From Candidatus Giovannonibacteria bacterium RIFCSPLOWO2_02_FULL_45_28 (GTDB lineage Bacteria; Patescibacteriota; Minisyncoccia; UBA11713; 2-01-FULL-45-33), in NCBI GenBank assembly GCA_001780725.1, contig MFIM01000006.1:1-51926 (forward strand): a stretch of DNA of 51,926 nt. Reading direction: 5' to 3'. The notes below the pieces were generated by a model. The model did no database searches. It saw only the letters and a program-made list of their open reading frames with translations, and was not told where the DNA came from. Shown here one piece after another: positions 37,436 to 46,646 of the stretch. The position numbers and the translations under genes are program-made. How positions within the stretch are numbered: position 1 is the stretch's first letter; every line of letters begins with the position of its first letter.

Positions 37436-38647
37436 TTATTCATATCTTAGCGCTTCAATCGGATTTAATGAAGCGGCGCGACGCGCCGGGTAGTAGCCGA
37501 AAATAATTCCGATTGCCGCTGAAACTCCAAAAGCCATCAAAACCGCCTGAATTGAAACAGACGTAGCGATGCCAGCGAGTTGCGAAACCAAAATTGCAAC
37601 TATCCATCCCAGCGCAACCCCGATTACTCCGCCCAAAAACGTGAGCATCACCGCCTCTGCCAAAAATTGCAAACTTATATCTTTGTTTTTGGCGCCGACT
37701 GCTTTTCTAAGTCCAATCTCCCGCGTGCGCTCGGTTACGGTTGTAAGCATCATATTCATAATGCCGATGCCGCCGACCAAAAGCGAGATTCCTGCGATTG
37801 AAGCAAGGAAAATCGTAAAAGTTTGGGTAACTTGAGTCAAAGCTCCCAAAATATCCGCCTGCGAAATTATTGAAAAGTCAGGCTCGGCAACGCGATGGCG
37901 CTCCAAAAGAAGCTCGGTTGCCCGATCCTGCACCGCTGGCATTTTGTCTTTATCAGAAACAGTAATGGCAATCGTGGAAAGATAATCAACCCCCGCCAAA
38001 ATTTTTTGCATTGTAGTCAAAGGCACAATCGCGACGTCATCTGGATTGAAAAAACCGGCGCCGCCTTTCGGCTTTAAAATGCCGATAATTTTAAAATTTA
38101 TTTTATTGATGCGTACTGTTTTACCCAAAGGGTCATCAGAGCCAAAAAGATCCGTGGCAACAGTAGGCCCCAAAACCGCAACCTTGGACAAACTGCGGTT
38201 ATGCTGGTCGGAAATAAACGTACCACGGTCTATGGAAACATTGTGAACATACTCGTATTCCGCTGTCGCGCCGATAACGGTGGAATTTGTATTATTGCCT
38301 GCTTGCGAAGCAATTTGCAGCCGTCTTTGGTGCTCGGCCGATACATAAAGCACTTCCGAAATCGCGCGCAAAGCCTCGGCATCCTCGTTTTTAACAGTTT
38401 GCGCCGTTCCGCGTCCGGCGGAAACAATTCCCCGGCCCGGCTGGACTATGCCCGGCATAATTGTCAGAAGATTGGAACCCAAGCCTTCAATGCTTGTCTG
38501 GATCGCTCCCTGCGCGCCCTGCCCGATTGAAACCATGGCGATTACGGAAGCGATGCCGATAACAATGCCCAAAATTGTAAGGCTTGACCGCGCTTTATTT
38601 GAAAGAAGCGCGAAGTATGTTTCCTGGAATAAGTCGGACGGGTTCAT
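37436..38647 (-). CDS. ABC transporter permease, MacB/FtsX family
   Basis: RSSLTILGIVIG, VGGIGIMNMM, ERTREIGLRKAVGA, YPARRAA.LNPIEALRYE. Confidence 0.95.
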   Translation of the reverse strand: MNPSDLFQETYFALLSNKARSSLTILGIVIGIASVIAMVSIGQGAQGAIQTSIEGLGSNLLTIMPGIVQPGRGIVSAGRGTAQTVKNEDAEALRAISEVLYVSAEHQRRLQIASQAGNNTNSTVIGATAEYEYVHNVSIDRGTFISDQHNRSLSKVAVLGPTVATDLFGSDDPLGKTVRINKINFKIIGILKPKGGAGFFNPDDVAIVPLTTMQKILAGVDYLSTIAITVSDKDKMPAVQDRATELLLERHRVAEPDFSIISQADILGALTQVTQTFTIFLASIAGISLLVGGIGIMNMMLTTVTERTREIGLRKAVGAKNKDISLQFLAEAVMLTFLGGVIGVALGWIVAILVSQLAGIATSVSIQAVLMAFGVSAAIGIIFGYYPARRAASLNPIEALRYE

Positions 38648-39351
38648 AAATTATTTATCAATCGACGGTGGTGATTTTTGCTGTCCTCAACAATTTCGCC
38701 GTCTTTTATGTGGATAATCCTTTCAGCGTGCTCTGCTACATACGGCTCGTGAGTAATGAGCACTATGGTGCGGCCTTGTTTCTGATGAAGCTGTTGAAAA
38801 GTTTGGAGCACGGCCTCGCCGGTTTTGGTATCCAAATTCCCGGTCGGCTCGTCTGCCAAAATCAAGGCGGGGTTATTTACAAGCGCGCGGGCAATCGCCA
38901 CTCTTTGCATCATGCCTCCACTAAGCTGGTTCGGCATATGATCCCAAAAATTTTGCGGAAAAGCGGCCGAGGTGAGCGATTCTCCCGCGGCTTTCTCGCG
39001 CGTTTCTTTGTCCACTCCAGCGTAAACCAAAGGCAATGCGACGTTCCGAAGAACACTTGCGCGGGGCAGTAAATTAAATGCCTGAAAAACAAAACCGATT
39101 TTTTTATTGCGAATATCGGCAAGTTCGTCGTCGTCCATAAGCGAAACATCTTTGTCATCCAAAAGATATGTTCCGAGAGTCGGCGTATCAAGGCAGCCCA
39201 AAATATGCATCAGCGTTGATTTGCCGGAACCGGAAGGCCCCATTATCGCTATAAACTCTCCATCTTGTATAGTAAAAGTCGCGCCGCGCACGGCAACGGT
39301 CTCAATCTCGCCGTTGCGATAAGTCTTAGTAATGTTTTTACAAATAATCAT
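38644..39351 (-). CDS. ABC transporter ATP-binding protein (LolD/MacB type)
   Basis: GPSGSGKST, LSGG, ILADEPTGNLD. Confidence 0.95.
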   Translation of the reverse strand: MIICKNITKTYRNGEIETVAVRGATFTIQDGEFIAIMGPSGSGKSTLMHILGCLDTPTLGTYLLDDKDVSLMDDDELADIRNKKIGFVFQAFNLLPRASVLRNVALPLVYAGVDKETREKAAGESLTSAAFPQNFWDHMPNQLSGGMMQRVAIARALVNNPALILADEPTGNLDTKTGEAVLQTFQQLHQKQGRTIVLITHEPYVAEHAERIIHIKDGEIVEDSKNHHRRLINNL

Positions 39352-39355
39352 TGTT

Positions 39356-40999
39356 TTATCTTCCTTGGCCTCTTGCTCCTCCTTGGCCTTGCAAACCCGG
39401 AATTCTCAAGCCTCCGGATTGCTGCTGCGTTTGGGTTGTGTTTGTTTGCGCGCTAATCGTACCTGATACGACATTGTCTCCTTCTTTTACGCCCGAAATT
39501 ATTTCAATAAATTCATCGTTTGCGATGCCGGTTTCAACTTGCATCTGGACCGGAGCGGCATCGCTGTTTTTTATTTCAGCATATTGCATTCCTCCCTGCG
39601 ATTTTACCGCGGAGACCGGCGCCATAAGAACATCAGTTTTTACATTCGTAATTATTGCGGCGGACACGCTCATTCCGGGTTTTACCCGTTCATCCTGCGT
39701 GTCAAAAGTTATTTTAACCATATAAGAAACAACTCCTTGCGAAACCGTGCCTATTGTGTCAATTTCGGCGACTTCCCCGGAAATAGAAAGATCAGGTATT
39801 GCGTCAAAAGTAAGAGTTGATTTTTGGCCGACTTTTATTTTTGCGACGTCAATTTCGTTTAAAGAAATTTCGGCTATGCGCTGGTTGGTGATAAACGTAG
39901 CCGCGATTGCACCGCCGGAAACCGAATCGCTCTTTTTGAAATTGATTTTTGCGGCAACGCCGTCAGCCGGAGCGCGCACAAAATAATCGGAGAGTTTTTC
40001 TTTGGTGTCCTGCAGGGCGTTTTCACGCTGTTTGACGGAAAGCTCTTGTGATTGCAGATCAAAATCTGCGTTTACGAAAGCGTCTTTTTTGTCTTGAATT
40101 GTGTCTCTAACGGAAAGAAGACTCGTGATGTGAGCATTTGTTTTACTTGTGTAAGTGTTGAGGCTTGAAAGATGGGTGTCTGCCAAAGCATTGGGTTTGA
40201 GATCCTGCTCTATTAATTTGTCTTTGTAAAACTGTATTAGATTGGACGCATCCTTCGCCGCTTCGGAGATTAGTTTTGTGGCATCGTAAGTTTGATTTAC
40301 AATTTTTTCTACGGAGGCCTCATCGGAGAAGCGGGAAGTGGATTTGTAATCCGTAAAATTTTGATCATACGCTTTGCGTGCGGCTTGATAGGAGTTGAAA
40401 GCGTCGTCTTTATACAAAACAGCTTTTTCGTCATAGGATTTTACCGCATCCGAATAATAATTGAGATTGGTTTGGCTACTTATAAAATTATTTTTAAAAA
40501 GCAAATCGTTGAGCCCGGCCATAATCGTCGGCAGGTCCAAAAAAGCGTTTGAAGTCTCGTTGAAGCCGTCCTCATAAGCTTTTTTCAGATCTGCTTCAAG
40601 CTTCTCTTTTGAGTTTGTGACTTTGAATTTTTCCAAAGAAAGCTTGGCGTTTTCCAGATTCGCCTCCGCGTCGCGGACGGATTTTTGAGCGTCTCTAGCG
40701 TCAAGCTGCAATAGAAGCGCTCCTGCCGCCACCCCGTCTCCGTTTTTTGCTCCGACATAAACAACGTCTCCCGAGGCTTTGGCTTTGATATCTACCTGAT
40801 TGGAAGCCGAAATCTGCCCGCTTCCGGAAACGGACGCGGTAATAACGCCGCGCTTAATTTGCGCCAGCAAATATGTTGGCTGGCCGCTAGTATCGGTCAT
40901 TTTTTTATATCCCCAATATCCGCCATAAGCCAGCGCCAAAAAAAATAAAGCGGCGATAATTTTATGGCTTGATATGAATTTTATAAATTTTTGAATCAT
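39356..40999 (-). CDS. MacA-like periplasmic adaptor (membrane fusion protein)
   Basis: SGSGQI, KASGDV, long helical hairpin, VRAPADG, VKPGMS, ETGIAND. Confidence 0.9.
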   Translation of the reverse strand: MIQKFIKFISSHKIIAALFFLALAYGGYWGYKKMTDTSGQPTYLLAQIKRGVITASVSGSGQISASNQVDIKAKASGDVVYVGAKNGDGVAAGALLLQLDARDAQKSVRDAEANLENAKLSLEKFKVTNSKEKLEADLKKAYEDGFNETSNAFLDLPTIMAGLNDLLFKNNFISSQTNLNYYSDAVKSYDEKAVLYKDDAFNSYQAARKAYDQNFTDYKSTSRFSDEASVEKIVNQTYDATKLISEAAKDASNLIQFYKDKLIEQDLKPNALADTHLSSLNTYTSKTNAHITSLLSVRDTIQDKKDAFVNADFDLQSQELSVKQRENALQDTKEKLSDYFVRAPADGVAAKINFKKSDSVSGGAIAATFITNQRIAEISLNEIDVAKIKVGQKSTLTFDAIPDLSISGEVAEIDTIGTVSQGVVSYMVKITFDTQDERVKPGMSVSAAIITNVKTDVLMAPVSAVKSQGGMQYAEIKNSDAAPVQMQVETGIANDEFIEIISGVKEGDNVVSGTISAQTNTTQTQQQSGGLRIPGLQGQGGARGQGR

Positions 41000-41424
41000 G
41001 GTTGCGGCAGCAACTGAATTGTTTGCGCAGTGATGCTGCCGTCCGAATTGGGGACGCCGTTTACGGAGATATTTTTGCCCACTTCAAGATCGCTTAAAGC
41101 GCCGTCCGTAGATTTTGCGATTTTCGTTGAGTCGGAAAGGAAGATAATTTTTGATCCGCCCTGCCCGTCCGGCAGGCGGGCATCTTGTATCTTAATAGTA
41201 ACGCTTTTGTCGTCCTTAGCAATGATTTCTCCGGCCGTGAATCCTCCCTGTCCGTCTCGTTGACCAGCCCCACTGCGAAACCCAGCACCGGCGTTTGCGC
41301 CAAATTGCTGCATCCTTTCTTGGCGATCTACCGCCGCTTTATTTCCCGCATATGTCATCCCGCCGTAAAAAGAAGCTCCTCCAACCACTAACGCAACCGC
41401 TATTATTGGAATAAATTTCTTCAT
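40996..41424 (-). CDS. DUF5666-like exported protein
   Basis: GEIIAKDDKSVT...LSDLEVGKNISVNG...ITAQTIQ; palindromic insert DARLPDGQGG. Confidence 0.65.
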   Translation of the reverse strand: MKKFIPIIAVALVVGGASFYGGMTYAGNKAAVDRQERMQQFGANAGAGFRSGAGQRDGQGGFTAGEIIAKDDKSVTIKIQDARLPDGQGGSKIIFLSDSTKIAKSTDGALSDLEVGKNISVNGVPNSDGSITAQTIQLLPQP

Positions 41425-41431
41425 GTAATTT

Positions 41432-41884
41432 TTAAAACAATCTGATAAACTTGGCCTCAATTTGCCCTTGCTCGTTTGGGGAGCCGATAATTACAACACG
41501 ATCGTCAACCTTAAGATCGCCCGCTTTAATTGTTTTGCGGCGGGATGCGATTGTGGTTTGATCCGAAATAAGAATCGTTTTTTCAACATTATCGCCCCCT
41601 TTAATCATAAGGGTTGAGCCGTCAATTTTAATAATTGATCCGGAAGTGCCGTGAGCGCCTATAAAATCTTTGTCTTCAAAACCGCGCCCAAAATCGCTCA
41701 AAAATCCTCCGCGGGGACCAGCGAAGTTGCGATGGTAATTCTCGCCCCAACTGTAGGAAAACGACGCTTTTTTGTAACCAACGAAAACCCCGGCCTTAAA
41801 AACTAAGAGAAGCAAAATTAAAGCGCCGATTGATAAAACGGCTAATTTAAAAGTTTTTTGCTTCAAAAAATTATTTATATCCAT
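41432..41884 (-). CDS. DUF5666-like exported protein
   Basis: SWGENYHRNF, GSIIKID, LKVDDRVVIIG.PN..GQIEAKFIR. Confidence 0.65.
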   Translation of the reverse strand: MDINNFLKQKTFKLAVLSIGALILLLLVFKAGVFVGYKKASFSYSWGENYHRNFAGPRGGFLSDFGRGFEDKDFIGAHGTSGSIIKIDGSTLMIKGGDNVEKTILISDQTTIASRRKTIKAGDLKVDDRVVIIGSPNEQGQIEAKFIRLF

Positions 41885-42230
41885 AAATTAGTTTTAAATC
41901 ATTACTAATAAATTTAAGTGATTGCAACGAAACAAATATTATAACCATAAGCGCGACTACGCTCATTGCCGGCAAAGATTCGGCGAGCGCAAGAGTAAAG
42001 CTTTGCCAATAAGTCAGTACTGCGCCGAAGTCAGAAAATAAAAGCATGGCTAACTCTGTAAATCCGGAGCTGGCGAATTCCGCCTCGGCCATGCGGAGAA
42101 TTTGCAGAAAGGCGGCTGCGAACCCGATAAAAACGAGAAAAAAAACAGCCATTCTGCGTTTCGCGTAAAAAAGCCCCTTTTTTCTAATACAGCCGATTAT
42201 TTCCTCAAAAAGCTCCTCTCGAGGTTCCAT
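41871..42230 (-). CDS. Membrane protein, putative anti-sigma partner
   Basis: Two TM segments, directly downstream of the ECF sigma. Confidence 0.55.
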   Translation of the reverse strand: MEPREELFEEIIGCIRKKGLFYAKRRMAVFFLVFIGFAAAFLQILRMAEAEFASSGFTELAMLLFSDFGAVLTYWQSFTLALAESLPAMSVVALMVIIFVSLQSLKFISNDLKLIYGYK

Positions 42231-42252
42231 AATATATAATACGATATGGAAG

Positions 42253-42816
42253 TTATTTTTGGCGCAAAAAGACCGATTTCAGAATCATAATTGCCCGGCG
42301 ATGGCGGCTTTTGACGGTGTTTAGTTTTTCGCCCAAAAATCGCGCAATTTCCGAAAAAGATAGGTCCTTATCATATCTTAAAGAAAGCACTTCCCCGTAT
42401 TTCTGCGGCAGTTTTGCTGCCACTAAAGCGAGGCAGCGGTATTTCTCTTTTCTTTCCGAGAGTTCCGACGGGATAGGCGAGAGATCGCGAAAAGTTTCGG
42501 CGATCACATTTTCTCCGTATTTGTTCTCGAATTCGGAGAAGGGCACGGCTTTTTTTTTCTTGAGAAAATCAATCGCCGAATTTTTGGCAATGGCAAAAAG
42601 CCATGTTCTGAAATTTTTGTTCTGATCAAATCGCTTAAGATTTTTCCACATTTTCACAAAAACGTCTTGGGTGATATCTTCCGAATTTTCTGCGTTGCCG
42701 GCGTATTTATACACAAAACCGTAAACAGGCTTAAGATTCCGTTTAATCAAAACCTCCAGCGATTTTTCATTGCCAGAAAGATGGTCGGCCACAAGCTCCG
42801 CGTCCGAGCGATTCAT
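42253..42816 (-). CDS. ECF RNA polymerase sigma factor
   Basis: EDITQDVFVKMW, FRTWLFAIAKN, LSFSEIA...NTVKSRHRR. Confidence 0.93.
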   Translation of the reverse strand: MNRSDAELVADHLSGNEKSLEVLIKRNLKPVYGFVYKYAGNAENSEDITQDVFVKMWKNLKRFDQNKNFRTWLFAIAKNSAIDFLKKKKAVPFSEFENKYGENVIAETFRDLSPIPSELSERKEKYRCLALVAAKLPQKYGEVLSLRYDKDLSFSEIARFLGEKLNTVKSRHRRAIMILKSVFLRQK

Positions 42817-42993
42817 TACAGCGGGCCTATTGGTTGATTTTTTTCCAGAGCAGGGCGACGAGGAGAATGCCCACGGCCAGCCAAACGAGCCAGGTTATGA
42901 CGCCCAAAAGCCCGAAAAGACCGGCGCCGCCGCTTCCCATCATCGGCCCCCAATACCCATAATTCATCATAAACTTATTATAGCACAAAATTT

Positions 42994-43800
42994 TTATTGC
43001 CACTCTTCAACCATGACTGCCGATTGTCTCCGGCAATATTCACGGTGGAGGAAGAAAATACCCAAAATAAGCAGAAAAAGGCTTGCTATCTGCAAAATGA
43101 AAAATATTCTCAAATTTACCAAAACGACATACCAAAATTCCGGTGGATACGCCAGCACGTTTTTAATAATGAGGATGTTTCGGATAATGCCGAGAACCGA
43201 CTCTCCCATTATTCCTGCGGCGCCAAGGATGCTGTCTAAGTTTGGGGCCGTCGGGCGGCCCATAAGCCACTTGGCCAAAACAAAGATAATAAGCAGGCGA
43301 ATGGGAAGGTAAAAAACGAGATTGCCGATGAGCGGCAGAGAATAAGTTTCAATTATTCCGCCACGGGCAATAAAATGGTAAGCAAAAAATATTACGGCGG
43401 CCAGAAAATATCCGGTCAATAAGAACTTCGTTGAAGATTTAAGGCGAATTTCTAAAATATCCACCAGCCCAATATAAAGAAAAACAAGCGCCAAAAACGC
43501 GATAGGCAGCGTGAGAGCAAAAAACAAATTAAAATCCTTAACCCTGATCGCCCGACCGAGATTGGCCAAAATCATCGGTATCTGAAACCAGTACATTAAA
43601 AATAATGCCGCCGCCCAGAATAAAAAAAATCTCGGCCGCCTTTCCGTAGGATGCCCAACCCATTGTTTAACCAAATACGCGCTTAAAAAGACTCCCAGTA
43701 TAAGAGCTAAAGCCGGCAATATAACCCCAGTGCTGACTATCATAATGCTATGCATGTTAACATAAAACTCGTTTTGCACTAAATTTGACAAACATATCAC
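42994..43800 (-). CDS. Multi-pass membrane protein
   Basis: About seven hydrophobic segments; start uncertain. Confidence 0.7.
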   Translation of the reverse strand: MICLSNLVQNEFYVNMHSIMIVSTGVILPALALILGVFLSAYLVKQWVGHPTERRPRFFLFWAAALFLMYWFQIPMILANLGRAIRVKDFNLFFALTLPIAFLALVFLYIGLVDILEIRLKSSTKFLLTGYFLAAVIFFAYHFIARGGIIETYSLPLIGNLVFYLPIRLLIIFVLAKWLMGRPTAPNLDSILGAAGIMGESVLGIIRNILIIKNVLAYPPEFWYVVLVNLRIFFILQIASLFLLILGIFFLHREYCRRQSAVMVEEWQ

Positions 43801-43835
43801 AGCGTTCTATCTTATGGAAAGAAAAATAGTCGGAT

Positions 43836-44407
43836 GTGAAATTTAAAAAAACGAGCTTTTTGCTTTTGGTATTCTTGTGCTTAAGCTGCGCCGGCATAAA
43901 AAGTGCTGATTACGATTACAAACCCTCAACGTTTTACGCGGAAAAAGTGGTGCTCATTAGCATAGACGGACTATCCTCCGAAGTTTTGCTAAAAACCTTC
44001 CCTGATTTGATTAAAGTCTTTGTGGAAAATGGATCGTATTCTTGGAAAGCAAGGTCAGTGTTCCCGAGCCAGACTGTTCCGGCACATATCTCAATGATAA
44101 GCGGAGTTGTTGTTTTGAGCCACGGTTTTATATCAAATTGGATGCCGTTTTCAAGTAAAATATCCGTTCCCACGATTTTTTCTACAGCTCATTCATATGG
44201 AGTTTTTACCGCTACGGTTTTTGAGAGCCACAGATTGGATAAAATTTTTGCGTTGCAAAAAGGTATGGATATAGAAAGCGCGGGCACGCAATTGCGGCTC
44301 CAGTAAAAATTTTCGATACCGCCGCAACCGTTTTATACGCTTTGGGCATCAAGCCGGAAAATATGGACGGCAAAGTTATTGCCGAAGTTTTTGATCAATA
44401 TCAATAA
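43836..44407 (+). pseudogene. Alkaline phosphatase/phosphodiesterase-family lipoprotein, internally deleted and frameshifted
   Basis: LISIDG and SQTVPAH.SMISG in frame 1; C-terminal IFDTAATVLYALG...MDGKVIAE in another frame ending 44407. Confidence 0.7.
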
Positions 44408-44557
44408 GCCTTTACAGGGGGCTTATTTTATTAAATAAAAAAGCTAGCCTTATCTGGCTTTTGTGGGTGGCTCCGCATTGTGAACAATGTTACTGTGTCC
44501 GTCCGAAACTTTAGTGAAGGAGGAGAACCATTTTTGAGAGGCAAAATGAGTATATTT

Positions 44558-44588
44558 ACCCCCACACCAAAGTTTTTGGTGTGGGGGT
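44558..44588. repeat. CCCCACACCAAA-type palindrome, intergenic
   Basis: acccccacaccaaagtttttggtgtgggggt. Confidence 0.9.
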
Positions 44589-44694
44589 TTACATCCCCGA
44601 TTTGCGAGAATATGCCAACCTATAAACTTATTTATCTTGAGCGTAGTCGAAAGACCCCACCCCGCTACTCACTATTGTTTGAAAATACAAACTA

Positions 44695-44723
44695 TTGACT
44701 TTTGGTTGACGATTTGCTACAAT
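44695..44723 (+). promoter_or_regulatory. Sigma70-like promoter for the DGR target gene
   Basis: TTGACT, 17 bp, TACAAT. Confidence 0.55.
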
Positions 44724-44743
44724 TATAGTGTTCGTTGAAAATC

Positions 44744-44799
44744 AATGAGACGAGCATTTTGGACGCCAAACACTTGGTTTCTAAAGTGCTCGTCTCATT
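44744..44799 (+). other. Long leader hairpin upstream of the DGR target
   Basis: aatgagacgagcatttt / aaagtgctcgtctcatt; AGGAGG at 44902-44907. Confidence 0.65.
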
Positions 44800-44915
44800 C
44801 CGAGATGAGACCGCCTGCCGGTAGGCAGGACCGCAAGCCGTCGGATACGGCTACATCTCTCTAAAGTCTCCCAGAGGGACAAAGAGAGAAAATCCAAGAA
44901 AAGGAGGAAAGTGCC

Positions 44916-45758
44916 ATGAAAAGCACAATCCAAAGCGGTCTCTGGAAAGTAGAGTTCGGTGAGCTTGGGGCTACCCTCAAGGTGCTCCAAGACCACGGCG
45001 TCACCCCTGACCATCTGGCGAGGCTTCGTGCCGAGCCCGACTACGCCAAGCGGGTGGCGGAGTTCATGCTCCGAGGCGGTCTCGACGCCTCCATCCATCA
45101 GAAGCTCGCCCGTGCAGTCATGGGCAAGGACTTCTTTGGCGTGGAGGACTGGTCAGCTCTCTACGGCGTGAACTTCAGTCAGAAGCAACTCCGTCAAGTC
45201 GCCGAGTTCCCGTGGGGTGAGGACATTCTCAACTCCACCTGCCCGCTTTGTGGCAAGGTGGTAAAGGACTGCCACTTCGCCTTCGTGGGGCTCGACCGCA
45301 TCAACGGCAAGCCGCTCACCATCCTGAAGTTGCAGGAGCTTCATCCTGCCACGGGGCAACCGAAGTTTCACTCCTACACGAGTGCGTGGTATTCCGAACA
45401 GAAGTTTGCGAGGGAGACCACGATGAGCTTCAGGTGGTATCTGCTCCATCAGAACATCGTCCCGAAGTCGGAGGACAAGACCTACGACGACCAGAAGGCG
45501 ATGCTCACTGCCGACTACGAAGTGCCGTCTGCCGTGACCGAGTCCACGAAAGACCTGCTCGTGTTCCGTAAGACGGGCAACTTCGTGAACTCCTCACGGT
45601 ATGCTCGTTGCGAATGTGTCGCTTCGGTCGGCCGCCGTGTCGATGTCGGCTACTTCGGCGAGAGCGGGCTCGTTGTCTACAGCTACTGGGGCGGCGGCCA
45701 CCGCTGCGGCATCGGTCTGGCCGCCTCTCGGAAGTTCCCCGCAGCTCAGCGAAGCTGA
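44916..45758 (+). CDS. DGR target protein with C-terminal variable region (CLec-fold expected)
   Basis: C-terminus contains the VR; ends GLAASRKF; visibly GC-richer than its flanks. Confidence 0.9.
   Translation: MKSTIQSGLWKVEFGELGATLKVLQDHGVTPDHLARLRAEPDYAKRVAEFMLRGGLDASIHQKLARAVMGKDFFGVEDWSALYGVNFSQKQLRQVAEFPWGEDILNSTCPLCGKVVKDCHFAFVGLDRINGKPLTILKLQELHPATGQPKFHSYTSAWYSEQKFARETTMSFRWYLLHQNIVPKSEDKTYDDQKAMLTADYEVPSAVTESTKDLLVFRKTGNFVNSSRYARCECVASVGRRVDVGYFGESGLVVYSYWGGGHRCGIGLAASRKFPAAQRS
45615..45731 (+). repeat. DGR variable repeat (VR)
   Basis: 117-nt ungapped match to TR; all 22 mismatches lie opposite TR adenines. Confidence 0.95.
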
Positions 45759-45766
45759 GTGCGGGG
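45737..45766 (+). other. Post-VR hairpin (retrohoming hairpin/cruciform candidate)
   Basis: ccccgca-g-ctcagc-GAA-gctgag-tgcgggg; followed by five CTTGA repeats. Confidence 0.7.
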
Positions 45767-45812
45767 CAGGCTGAACCTTGAAGTCTTGAGGGCTTGACTC
45801 TCTTGAACCCTT

Positions 45813-45849
45813 GAGCCTCCGTCCGATTTTTTTCGGCGGAGGCTCTTTT
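45813..45849 (+). terminator. Terminator after the DGR target
   Basis: gagcctccg...cggaggctc-tttt. Confidence 0.75.
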
Positions 45850-46126
45850 CTTTTGTTTTTCAAAAAGTTATTCTGTAAATGTTCTGCTAATGCAGGTGCG
45901 GCTACGGTTTCACCTCGCAGAACATCTCATCTTTGAGATTTCACCAGAGTATCGTCGCCTACGGGTTACGATAGCGTGTGAACCAGATGGAGATAGAACT
46001 TCTTGCTCATCTTTAGCGGAGGTAGCGAAAACATCGCTTGCTCCCGAATAAAATACAGGAAAGAGAGGATATAAGCCTTTGGCAGTAAACCTCAATTTCC
46101 AGTGTCACGGACGAAGATGGGCAAAC

Positions 46127-46243
46127 TATGTCACTTCGGACGGCAACCGTGTCAATGTCGGCAACTTCGACGAGAACGGGCTCAATGTCAACAACTACTG
46201 GGACGACAACCACAACTACAACATCGGTCTGGCCGCCTCTCGG
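46127..46243 (+). ncRNA. DGR template repeat (TR)
   Basis: AAC-rich in-frame copy of the VR; 31 adenines. Confidence 0.95.
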
Positions 46244-46262
46244 CAGTCATTCTCCGTCAATT

Positions 46263-46292
46263 TGAAATACCCTCCTTTCCGAGGGTATTTCA
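46263..46292. terminator. Hairpin between TR and the avd stop
   Basis: tgaaataccctc-ctttcc-gagggtatttca. Confidence 0.65.
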
Positions 46293-46643
46293 TTTAACGC
46301 TCTTGGTTGACCTAATCCATCCGCCAAGCTGTCTTCCTATTTCATCAACCGTCTCCTGCCACTTAATATATTTATTGGCATCAATAACTTTTACTTCTTT
46401 GCAAAGCCGTAAAAACACTCGCAGAAAGTTTAGTTTGATGCTGATTTTTTCTAACACAGGCAGTTTCTCGGCCTTTGAAAGCTGGCTTGCCCAAAGTAGA
46501 TTTTCCAGCACATCCAAAGTAATGTTTTCGCATCTCTGCCAAAGCGTGTGGCGGTCTTGTTTCTTAACATTATTTCGGTAAGAATAAAACTCCTTATACA
46601 GCTCGTAAGTTATTTTGAAAATTGGTATATCAAAATCATCCAT
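46290..46643 (-). CDS. avd: Accessory variability determinant (four-helix bundle)
   Basis: IPIFK.TYELYK...KQDRHTL...LNFLRVFLRL...VDEIGRQLGGW; adjacent to TR. Confidence 0.88.
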   Translation of the reverse strand: MDDFDIPIFKITYELYKEFYSYRNNVKKQDRHTLWQRCENITLDVLENLLWASQLSKAEKLPVLEKISIKLNFLRVFLRLCKEVKVIDANKYIKWQETVDEIGRQLGGWIRSTKSVK

Positions 46644-46646
46644 ACT

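Noticed and set aside
45594-46213. Minus-strand ORFs with similar VADIDT peptides (45594-45863, 46013-46213) and plus ORF 46079-46297 as extra DGR targets
   Set aside because: They are antisense or in-frame readings of the VR and TR themselves
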